Of a DNA stretch of 64,000 nucleotides, positions 1 through 10,770 are shown one piece after another. Origin of the DNA: Felis catus (taxonomy: Eukaryota); NCBI RefSeq assembly GCF_018350175.1, contig NC_058383.1:1240001-1304000 (forward strand), read 5' to 3'. A program made the translations under genes and the position numbers. Every line of letters starts with the position of its first letter. Position 1 is the stretch's first letter. Under the pieces are notes generated by a model. The model made no database searches. It worked only from the letters and a program-made list of their open reading frames with translations, and was not told the DNA's origin.

Positions 1-1239
1 TGTTCCCTTGCCCAGAGCCGGGGCTGGCCTGTCACCGCCGCAGGGGCCAGTCGCCTGCCGCGTGAGGGCCGCACTTGCCGCAGGGGAGCCCCCGACCGGG
101 AGAAAGCCTGCAGAGTGCGTGTTCTCGCCCGTGCTGCCCCGGCCATCTCCGGTGGCCCCCCAGTATCTCCCTCCGCGGCTGGTGCTCGCGGGCTGGCATC
201 GGCATCTGATGCCCCCGCTGTGGGCTCACCGCCGGGCCTGCTGGAGACCTCCTCGTGCTGGCCTCCAGCCCGCCGCCCTGCCCCCACTGCGTGCCCTCCC
301 TGCACTCTTCCCCAGCATGCTTCTCATGCGGGTCACGGTGGCGTTACCATCGCCCTCCAAGGGTGCGGGGCTCACGCCCCGGGACAGGTCAGTGGGCTCA
401 CCGCCTGGCCGCACCCGGGGGCTGTGCCCTGAGCACGCACCGTCCACAGAACCCCGGACCCAGCCGGCTGAGTCTCACGCTAACACGCTTGGGTCCCCTC
501 CACTGGCCCGCCCCGGGGCAGCTGGTGGCTGGACCGAGCCCGCAGCTTCCCAGGGGCCTCTGCACTCCCGCTGTGGCGCCCTCGTCCAGGAGAGGCGTCT
601 GTAAATGGGGGTGCACCCCTCCCTCTCGGGGAGGACAGGGGGATGCTCAGGGGTCTCTCCCCGTGGTCCAGGTGCTCAGGGTCTGGAAGCACAGAGACTA
701 GAAAGCAGTGGGCATGCGCTGACATTGTAAGCAGGGTGTGGGCAGAGCTAGGAGGGAAGGGGCCTGGCAGGTGCTGTCTGGGGAGGGACCGTCACGGCCC
801 CGGAAGCCGTGTAGGCTCGGTGCTGGGGCAGGATTCCAGCCCGTGATGGGGGCGTAGGGGTGAGGCAGGAGGGACAGGAGGAGGCTGCTTGGAGGAAGAG
901 GAGCAGAAGGGACAGCAGGGCTGCCTGGCCCGGTGTCCTCATCGTGCTCTCGTGGGGCCCCACCAGCTCCATCCTGACCCCAGGGGAGCCTGGTTCTGGC
1001 TGGCTTCGCCTCTGCTGTGTGACCGCGGACAAGGGCCTGCTCCCTCTGGGCCCCCCGTGGTCCTGAGTGTGAGCTCTGTGAAACTACAGCCCCTCTTCTC
1101 ACGGAAGGGTGAGCACTGGGCCTGCGCACGGGGGTGCTCCCCACGTGCCTCCCAGGTGAGCCCCCCCCCCCGCCTCCCTGCCCCCTCCGGTTCCCACACC
1201 CTCCGCTCCCCCCACGCAGCTCCGTCTGGAATCGACACA

Positions 1240-1620
1240 TTTCCTTCCGCGAAATGATGCATGTTCCCCCGTCGGGTTTACAAATAACTTCAAATTTTAC
1301 TGTTTTCTTTCCCTAATGAATTCTCTGAAACGTGTTACAAGCTGCCCGGTAATGAATGTGGAGCTTCGGCCGGCTCGGCTCTGGTGCTCCGCCTGCCTCC
1401 ACCAAGGTGCCGCAGAATTAGCCCTCGCCGCACGCGGCTCGCAGCCCTGATGCAACCTTGTTTAGTGCAATTGCTGGGAATCCATTATATTGACAATATC
1501 CATTTGTGTAATTCCTGCATTAGGATTTTGCGCTAAACTGTGTTTGAAAGCCACTGCTGACCCTGATTACCTCTTTAATTGTGCTTAAAAATCCAGATTA
1601 ATTCAGAGGCGAAGTTGACC
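1240..1620. promoter_or_regulatory. Candidate conserved non-coding element/enhancer (AT-rich island)
   Basis: Abrupt AT-rich, non-repetitive block in GC-rich flanks, with several TAAT/ATTA, GTTTAC (Fox-like) and TGGGAA motifs; no resemblance to a transposable element. Confidence 0.5.
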
Positions 1621-3399
1621 GTGCTGGGCAGGGCCTTGCTGGGCCCGAGCAGTGGACGGTCCCCGGGCTCCCGGGGGTGGCCGGTTCTGGAGGCTGGGCT
1701 CTCGCCCTCAGAGCTGCAGGAAAACCCCGGAGGCTGGGCGGGTGGACAAGAATGACAGGGGCTCCCAAATGCTGAGGGGCGCCGGCCGTGTGAACCCCAC
1801 CTCGCTCCTGGCGGTCACCGTGACGCCCGTGAGTTGGAGCGCATTCTTCCTAGGTGAGGAGCCGGGTCAGAGGCCGGGCAGGTCTGGGTGTCCCCTCCAG
1901 AGAGGTGGGGAGGGCTCTGCACGGCCACTCTTCCTGCCCCTCGAGGGCCTGAAGGAGGCTCAGGGGCCCCGGCCTGCAGATTCTGGGTGCCCGCCCACAC
2001 CGGGGACAGTCGCCAAGGGGGGGGACATCCACCAGACGTGGACACCCATGGGATGAGCGAGGACCCTGGGGTCTGGCTGAGCCAGGTCCACGTCTCGGCA
2101 CCTCCCTGACTGGCTGAGACCCTTCCCCTCCCTGGAAGAGACCCTTCCGTCTCCCCATCTGGACAGCGGAGTCCTGCGCGGGCTGGGAGGCCCGTCGTAG
2201 GTCGTGAGATAATACGCACTGGTCCGTGCCCGGCCCTGGCGGACACACGGTGGGCGCTAAGCCAAGGCTTCTTGTTTCCGCGGTTACCTTTCCCTGTTCC
2301 GTCCCCCTGCGCAGGTCTCGGGGCAGCGTGCGGTGAGGTGCTCACGTCCCTGGTTTCACACCGCGAGGCGTCTGTCCCTAGAGCACATCAAATTCCCTGG
2401 GGCAGGGTCAGAATTTCCAGGGTGGGCTCTGGGGGTTCAGAGGGAGGTGCGAGCACCCCAAAACCCTCAGGCAAACCTGCACAGGACCCCCATGTCAGGG
2501 CCCGGGGTCTCCAAGCAGCAGCCTCCAAATACGCCTGAGACCGGGGGTTCTGGTCCAGCCCAACGCCAGAGACAGGGGAGTGGGGAGTGCCCGCCCTTTG
2601 CCCTGTCTGAGCCCAGCGTCTGTGTGCACCAGATGGGGACGATGAGGAAGGAGGTTACCTGAGAATAAGACGGAGGAAACGCTCTGGACCCTGAATCCAG
2701 CGCGCGCACACGACTGGGGTGACCTCCCGGGCCAGCTTTCCCTGGGAGGCCCCTGGGTGGTCCAGCTGAGGCTGACCCCCCCCCCATCGGGGGGCCGCAG
2801 AGTGGAAACTGCGGCCCAGAGGTAGCCCCACCTTGGGTCCACACCACTCGGTCGTGGCGGCAGCCTGTCCCGCGGCAGGGCTCTGGTGTCCGGTTTGTGG
2901 GCCAGGCAGGGGCACCCCACAGCCGTCGGCGGCCCCTGCACGGGGGGGAAGCAGAGGCCAGCGCTCACCCACCCGGCGCGCTGGGATCAGGCCTGTGTCT
3001 CAGCGAGGCCAGGGGCCCGTCGCCCACAGGCTGCACGCACACACGTGCACCGTTGGAACCCCTCCGCCCAGACGGGATTCCCAGACCACACCCCGCGCAC
3101 GGCGTCGTCCCGCGGTTCCCGTGCCTTTGCAGGTGCACGCCGCCCGTTCCAGAACACCTCCGTCCCCCGACAGCGGCCCCACCCCGCCGCGCCCGCTCCC
3201 CGTTCCCCTCAGAGCGCCCAGCTCCAAGCATCCCCCGACCTCCGCGAGTCTCTGTGGACTTGTCCTCGCCGGGCGCCGCCTGCGAACGGAGGCCACGGGG
3301 CTTCCGTCCGCGATCCCCGCTGCGACACGCCCCTGTGCCCTGTGCTCCGTTGTGCGCTCGCCCGCTGGTGGGCACGTGGGCGGTCTCTGGTTCGGCTAC

Positions 3400-4735
3400 T
3401 GCCCGGGGTGCTCCGTGTGCAGCTGGATTCTCTCTCGGGCACATGCCGAGGGCTGAAACCGCTGGCTCATGCACGTGGCGGCTCTGGGTTTCACCGGCGG
3501 AGGAACCCTTCCGCGCTGCCACCGATGGTGCACGAGGGGGCCAGCGCGTCCGAGTGTGACGTCCTCTCCCGCTGGGGTTTTGATTTGCACTGGGCCCCAG
3601 CTCGTGAGGCATCACTTCGTGGCTCACGGGCCGCTTTTTTATCCTCTTTGAAGAAATGTCCTTTCAGAGCCTTTGCTCGTATTAAAAGTTGGGCCACTTG
3701 TCTTTTTTACTGTATTTTCTAGGCACGGGTGCTGTATCAAATACGTGATTTGCAGACGTTGTCTGCCGTTCCGTGGGCTGTCCTGTCCCTTCTTCGGTGA
3801 TGTCCTTTGAAACACAAAAGCTGTAAATTTCGATGACGTCCAGCTGATCCTTTTTTCTTTTGTCGCGGGTGCTGTGGGTGTCCCAGCCAGGAAGTCATTG
3901 TCTAAGCCTAGGACGTGGACGCTGGCGCCCACGTTTTCTCCTGAGACTTTCGTAGCCTGGGCCCTCGCGTGTGGGTCTCCATACAACGTGAGGCCACCTT
4001 TCCCGTAGGTAGGGAGGGAAGCTTCCGTCTCGCAGCTGGAAACCCAGTGTGCCTGCACCGTTGGCTCAAAAGGCTGTTGCCTCCCTACTGGACAGTGTCA
4101 GTGCCCTTGCCAGAGGCCAGTAGACAGCAAGTGGAGGGGACACTTCTGGAGCCCAGGTGCGAGCCCCATGGCTGTCCTTATGCTGGTACCACTGCCTCGT
4201 GATTGCTGTAACTTTGTAATAACTTTGATTTTTATTTATTTTTTTGACAGAGAGGGAGAGAGCAAGCAGGGGAGGGGCAGACAGGGACAGAGAGAGAAGC
4301 CCAAGCAGGCCCCACACTGTCAGCGCAGAGCCCGACATGGGGCTCACGAGCCGTGAGATCATGACCTGAGCTGAAACCAAGGGTCAGACGCTCAACGACA
4401 AAGCCACCCAGACGCCCGTGTAATAACTTTTCAAATCTGGACATACGAGTCCCCCTCATTGTTTCTTCTTTTCCAAGATTATTTTGGGTTCCTGGGCTCC
4501 TTGAATTTCCACACGAATTTTAAGATCCGCTTGTTAATTTATGCAAAAAATATGTATAAGTAAATAAAAACCAGGATCTTGATAAAGATTCGCCGAATCC
4601 GTGGAAATCATGGAGCGCTGACATCTTTTCCAATCCACGAACACGGAGTGTCTCTTACGTTGGCGTCTCCAGTGTCTCACAGCCTCAGACCACAAGGTTT
4701 GCGCTTCTTTTGTTAAATTTGTCCCCAGGTATCAT
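3400..4735 (-). mobile_element. Ancient L1 (L1M-type) ORF2/3' fragment, GC-shifted, interrupted by a SINE
   Basis: Minus ORF 3639-4058 gives KVSGENVGASVHVLGLDNDFLAGTPTAPATKEKR, a degenerate match to L1 ORF2 KLLEENIGENLHDLGLGNDFLDMTPKAQATKEK. Confidence 0.8.
4227..4418 (-). mobile_element. Can-SINE (SINEC_Fc-type) nested in L1
   Basis: T-rich tail, (AG)n tract and tRNA-derived head in reverse; perfect TSD TGTAATAACTTT at 4215-4226 and 4419-4430. Confidence 0.92.
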
Positions 4736-6014
4736 CATCACAAAAACCCTCTGGCGTTGGTGTCCGCGAGGGGGGTAGACCAGTGCCATGCGGCCGCGGT
4801 GCCGGCCAGAGAGAAGGGAGACACTCGCTGTGGCGGGGAAGCCCTAGGGAGCAGCTTAACCGGGCGGTTCTGGCTTGGGTCCCTCACAAGGAGTAGGCCG
4901 CCTTCCGGGGCCACCCCGCCGTGGGCAGGAGGCCTGGGTCCTGATGCGGGAATGCTTCCGGAGCCACCTGGCTTCCCCCACGAGCGGCCTGCGGGGGAGA
5001 GGGAGCTGCGGCGCCCCCAGAACCTCGTCCCGGAACGCACGTGCCATCTTTTTTCCCACATTCTCTTCCTTAGATGCAGGTCACCGAATGCAGCCCACTC
5101 CTGAGGGCAAGGGACTTCGTCCCCACCTTTGTGTGGACGTGTTTAACACCACCGCGGGCAGTGGCCTCCGGGCCTCTTGGCTCCAGACCTTGGGTCGAGA
5201 GCTCCGAGCCCCGCAGCGGGAGAGGCTGGAGGGAAGCGAATCCGGGGGTCTTGGGACAGGACCGGGACCTTCGGGGCCACCGGGCGCCCACCACGGCCCG
5301 TGCTGGCCCAGAGCAGAGAGCGGCTCCACCCCCAGGCTCGGGGGGCCGGGGGTCCACCAAGCATCACGAGGGCCGTAGCCATTCTCCTTCACACGTGCAC
5401 AGCGCTTTACGGTTTGCAAAGCAGTTCTCCAGAACAGCGACAGAATCACCGAGCGCTGGGTCTGTCCAGTCATCACTGTGGTGACACTTCACTGTTTACA
5501 GACAAGCAAATGGCCCAGACGAGGAATGCGCACCCCTCCCCCCCACGGTCACGCAGGCCGCACGGGCAGCCTCTGAGCCCAGGACACACCTGTCTCCCCA
5601 TAGCTCCCGTTCAGAGATGGGGCTTTGTCCACAGCCCCACAGGGTCCTCTAAGACAGACCTACGCGGGCCTCTTCCACCACCTTAAGAGCCCCGGGGTCA
5701 GGGATGAAGAGAGAGGGAGGAGCCCCTCTGGCCAGTGGTCCTAGTGCACTGGATTCTGTGTGCTCAGTGACCGCGCTGTCCCCGCTATGGACAGCGGACC
5801 CCTCCCTGGGGTAAGCTTGCTCCCGCATCCAGAGGGACCCCAAGTTTGCCCTGACCCACACTTCTCTGCTCACCTTTACACATGGGTTTCCAGACAAGGC
5901 TCGGCCCGCCCCCTGCAGCCGCTACCGATTCTGCCGGTCCTCCCACCCTCTCCCGCCCCCCCCCAAGCCTCGCCCAGGCCAGGAGGCCTGTGCCAAGAAG
6001 CACCCCCACCCCCC

Positions 6015-6400
6015 AGAGTTATTTACTTTCCTTAATAACCTTTTATGAGGGGCCTGCGTGGCCTTCAGGAGCGCGGCGGAGCCCGCGCGGAGGTCATCCC
6101 TCGGATGTGATTTTATTAACTTAAAGTCGGCCCGAGGCAGGTGGGGCGGCGGCCCCTCCCCCGGGCTGGACGCCCGGCCGTCCTGCGGCAGGCGTGGTGC
6201 GGCCCGGCCCGCTTTAATTAAACCCTCGCTCTGCCCGCGTCTCCGACGGGCAGGCAGCCCCCGGCGGCTCAGGCACGCGGTGCCGCCACCTGTCCGCTCT
6301 CCGGCGCTCCCTGCCCACCTGCCTCTCGCCCGCACGCCTGATCTCTAAAATTGAATCAATTTCCTATTTAATCAAAATCAATCAATTTTATTTAATGCTA
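6015..6400. promoter_or_regulatory. Candidate enhancer (two AT-rich blocks around a CpG-rich core)
   Basis: TTTTATGA, TTTTATTA and TTAATTAA motifs, clustered AATCAAT, and ATCAATCA (PBX-HOX TGATTGAT on minus) at 6377-6384. Confidence 0.45.
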
Positions 6401-6404
6401 CAGT

Positions 6405-6530
6405 TAATCGATTGTATTGAAGTATAATTTATACGCCGTACAACGCTCCCACTTTAAGCATACCGTTCGATGAGTTTTGACAACTGTATACACTTGTGAA
6501 GCATCAGCACAGTCCAGACGGAACGGCTCT
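6405..6530 (-). mobile_element. L1 3'-end fragment (L1MB/MC-like)
   Basis: ATTGAAGTATAATTTATAC...TTTAAGCATACCGTTCGATGAGTTTTGACAACTGTATACACTTGTGAA resembles an antisense L1M 3' terminus. Confidence 0.65.
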
Positions 6531-6681
6531 GCCCGAGCCACACGGGGCCGCTGAGCGCTGGAGACGCGGCCGGTCCGAACGGAGGCGAGCGTGCATGTGA
6601 AACACATGCCAGGTTTCTTAGAGCGTCTGGGGAGAAAACGACACTGTCTCACCAATGATTTCCATAGCGATCAGGTGTTAA

Positions 6682-6719
6682 ACAGTAACGTTTCGAGCAA
6701 CACAGTAACGTTTCGAGCA
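6682..6719. repeat. Perfect 20-bp-period tandem duplication
   Basis: ACAGTAACGTTTCGAGCA occurs at 6682 and 6702. Confidence 0.9.
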
Positions 6720-8279
6720 CACTGAGTTAATACAGTGTAGTATTGAAATTAACGTGCCTGTTTCTTTTTGCTTTTTGAGCGAGTCCGCTGGCTTCTGTGA
6801 CGTTGCTATTGGCCAGCGTGGGCACTCCCTTCACGCCGGAAAGTTCCGAGTGCCCTGCCCTCCCGCTCTGCTGCCCTCGGGCCCTGACCTGGGCACCGTC
6901 CCTCCGAGCCCGTGTCCCACCCATGAGATGGGACGAGGACATTGCCCCCCGGGCTTCTCTGTGTCTGCAGGGCCCCAGCTCTGGGTGAAGGCACCTCACG
7001 TGGGAACCACTATGCCTTACTGCCTCTGGCTCACTCTCCTGGTCAGTGCCAGAGGAGGGGGTGCTGGGATGCTGGGGACAGGGACACCCCTTGCTCTCAG
7101 ATGCCCCAGAGGGAGGGAATGTGTTCACTGATAGCGGCTGCAGACAGTCCGAGAGCAAACTCCTACAAACCTCTCCTACGGCACCCACCTGGTGTCCCTG
7201 GCCCACGCCCGCCCCACTCCCGCCTGTGACCTTTGGGGCCCGAGCTGAGGGCCCATGTGAGCCCCGAGTTTAGTCATATTGCACCTTTGAGGGCAGTTTC
7301 AGGAGGAGCATTGCCTCCTTCGAGGATAGGCTCCCTAGGTCACGGCAAACACGAGCACCGGGACCGAAGGTCATCGCAGACACGGGCACTGGGATGGGGG
7401 CTTCACCCAGAGGCTCTGCCCAGCAGGGGCCCGTCTGGGGCTCCAGCATCAGGGCGCCCAGCCTCCCGTCACATGAACCTTACCCTGTGCCAGGCCCCCA
7501 GCCAGGCACAGGGCACAGTGGGCACGAGGCCTCCCCAAATGGACCCTACGTTACAAAAGCTTCTCTACCTGGGGCCATAGGGCACCCGTCTGGGGCTCCA
7601 CGGAGGTCAGGACGGAGGCCCCACGGGAAAAGGCCAGGCCTGTCCTCGGGCAGGAGCGTCTCCTGTGATGGCACTGTAGGGCACTGAGCGAAGCATCCGT
7701 CCTCCATCACTGGCAGAACACGTGCACAAATACGGGGGTGGGGTGGGGGGAGGGCCTTCCAGAAAGACACACGGAGAGAGAGCATGGGATTCCAAATCAC
7801 CTTGGGCCACCCTGTAGAAACCACAGATTGGAGCGATAATCGCCGATGACGTAAGACATAGGGGGGAGGGGGAGGGGTGTCCCCACTGTCTCTGGGTGTC
7901 TGCCCACGGTGACTCAAGCCCCCCGCCTGGATCACAGAGTCCCCACAGCACCTGGCCCACGTCAGGAGGAAACTTCACGCAGACCCACGTGGAGGGAGGG
8001 CCGTTCGACCAGTCACTTGCCTGGACTGTTTGAAATGTCGGCTTCTCGAAAGAAAAAGGAAGCCTGATTCCCAGCCAAGGGAGGCCAGAGAGACAGGCGG
8101 AGATCCCACGAGTGTGGACTGGATGCAGGGTGGGCGGGTGTGCCAGCAAGGACGCCGGGCAGGGCGCGGAGCTCGAGTGGGGACCGTGCGTGCATCGCTC
8201 GCCCCTCAGGCTGGTCCTGGGGCCTGGCTGGAAAGGCAGTCTTGGGCCTCCTACGCTGGCCGGGCCCAAACCTGCATGC

Positions 8280-9545
8280 TTTTAGTTTTTAATCTTCTGG
8301 ACAGTTTTATTGATGTGTAATTGACTTCACGTATTTAAAAGGTGTCTTGGTGGGGCGCACGGGGGCTCAGTCAGTTGAGCGTTCAACTTCGGCTCAGGTC
8401 ATGACCTCACGGTTCGTGGGTTCGAGCCCCGCATCGGGCTCTGTGCTGACAGCTCAGAGCCTGGAGCTGCTTCGGATTCTGTGTCTCCCTCTCTGCCCCT
8501 CCCCTGCTTGCGCGCTCTCTCTCTCTCTCTCTCTCTCAGAAGTAAACATTAACATTTTAAACACTGCCACACTGTTTTCCAAAGCAGTTGCGCCATTTTT
8601 CATTTCTGCCCACAGTGCCGCAAGTCCCTTCCATGTCGTGCCTGACCCCGGCTGTGGTCAATCTTCTTTTTAGCCAGTCTAGGATGTGTGTAGGGTGGGG
8701 TGTCTCAGTGTGGGCATGGCGTTTCCCTGTGGACAAGGCTGTGAGCATCTTTCTGACGACTGAAATATGTTACGCGTCTTTTACTGTTTTCACTGGTTTC
8801 CCCTTGTTGAGTTTTGAGTGCTCTTTATATATTCTGGTACAAAGCCTTCCATCAGGTGTACGGTTTGCAAAGATTTTCTCCCCGTTTGTGGCTTGTCACT
8901 TTGTTCTCTTAGTGTCTTTCAAAGAACAGAGGTTGTCGTTTTGATAAAGTCCAGTTTACGAATATTTTATTTGATGGATCATGCTTTTGGTGTCCTAAGA
9001 AATTTTTACCTACCCCAAGTTTACAAAGATTTTATCTTTGTAAACATCCAGAAGGGGTTTTCTTCTGCAAGTGTTATCGTTTGGGGGTTTACTTTGAGGT
9101 CTGTGATCCATTTGATTAAATTGTTATGTGTGGTGTGAGGCATGGGTCCTAGTTCGGTTTTTGGTTTTTTGGTTTTGCACGTAGGCATCCAGTTACTGCA
9201 GCACCGTTTGTGGAAAAAACCAGCTTTTCCGCACTGACTTCGTCCCTGCATTTTTGTCAAAAGCCGGTTGCCCACACACGTGTGTGTATTTCCGGGCTTT
9301 CTGTTCTGTTCCATTGATCAGTTTGTCCGTTCCCCGTACTGGCTTTGCACTCTCTTTATGACGGTAGTGTTACAAGAAGTCTGAAAATCAACAAGTGTTA
9401 CTCCTCCAACTTTGTGCTTCTTTTTCAAAGTTGCTTTCGTTTTTGTTTTTGTTTTTGTTTTTACTGTTCTCTAGGCTTGGCATTTCCACGTGAATTTTAG
9501 AATTAGCATGCCACTTTCTACAAAAAGCTGGCTGGGATTTTGTTT
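8280..9545 (-). mobile_element. Ancient L1 (ORF2 C-terminal region plus 3' UTR), interrupted by a SINE
   Basis: Minus ORF 9021-9314 (QCGKAGFFHKRCCSNW...IKWITDLKVNPQTITLAEEN) resembles L1 ORF2 QWGKDSLFNKWCWNNW...SKWIIDLNVKAKTIKLLEEN; T-rich plus strand. Confidence 0.85.
8352..8560 (+). mobile_element. Can-SINE (SINEC_Fc2-like)
   Basis: GGGGCGCACGGGGGCTCAGTCAGTTGAGCG head, GGTTCGAGCCC B-box, (CT)n tract, degenerate A-tail. Confidence 0.92.
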
Positions 9546-10639
9546 TAGATTGCCCCGAACTCCCGCCCGGAAGCTTCAATGCGTTCACTGGCCCCTGGGC
9601 TTGGGGGCCATTCCTAGATGGGTCCAGGAGAGAGTGGTGGGGTGGGATGGGGTGGGGACCGGACAGGTCCAAACTCTGGCTGGTGGCCACCTCGTGTGGC
9701 AGCCTGTTACTTCCTTTCTCCTCCTGTGACTTGGGGACAGTGGCACCCAAGGCTCCTGAACTGTTGGAGATAAAGGGGGAGGATGGTGTTGTTCGGCACA
9801 GCAGGTGTGTGTGATTCCCAGGTGGGGCTCTGGGAGCTGCACCCCCAGCTCACTGCAAGGGCAGGCTCTCTGCAGCACCCCAAACACAGGCACCTCGCCA
9901 ACCTCAAACCTCTGTGTAGTGGAGACGATACTTGTAAAAGACAACTCGCTCAGGTACCTGAGCGTTTTCCCAAACGCACCCTTCACCTGGGCCCTTTAGC
10001 AAAAATGAATAAAACGAAACAGAACATTTATTTCGAGGGACTGGGTAAGTGGGGTATGCTGATCTCAGTGCGAAAGACATCGACACAGCCACACCTGTGC
10101 GCTGACCGACTCGCTATCCCTTGCTGGCACTCTGCACCAGGCCCTGCAGCTACCACGGGCACCCGTGCCAGGACGAGCCTCCCCCCGGCCCAGATAGCTC
10201 CTCTCTGAGCCCCCAGCCGGGCCGCGAACACCCTTCTACCTTCCAGACGGGAAGCCTACCCTTGGGGTTCCCATCACGCATTCCTGCTGGCTCCCTCCTC
10301 TCCCCGGTGCTCCTCGGAGCACGGCAGGATCGTCCCATCTTCCCAGAGGTCCAGAGAGGACAGGATTCTTTCCTGAGGCTGCTCAGCCTGCAGGGAATGG
10401 AGGCCCACTGGCCTCCTGGCTCCCAGCTGCCCCTATGGCACCTCGAGAGCACCTGCCCACCCACCCCTGACCCCCTCACCTGCCCTGCACCTGCCCTGCT
10501 CACCTGTCCTGCTCCTGCCCTGCCCCTGTCCTGCTCGCCTGCCCAGCTCAACTGCCCTGCACCTGCTGTCCGGCCACACTGCCTGGGGGCTGCTCCCTGC
10601 CCTGTCTGCAGCTTCCCACTCTCCAAAGAGCCACCCCAG

Positions 10640-10770
10640 CTATTTACCATGGACTCATTTAAGTTGGTTAATTTTTAATAATGTTGAAATTTCCATGTGC
10701 ATAATTCAGGTAAATTATTTATTAAAGTGCAGGATAAAGGGATCAGGAGAATTACCAGTCAACAGTGTTA
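10640..10770. promoter_or_regulatory. Candidate conserved non-coding element
   Basis: AT-rich island with TTAATT, GCATAATT and TTTATTA motifs in GC-rich flanks. Confidence 0.45.
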
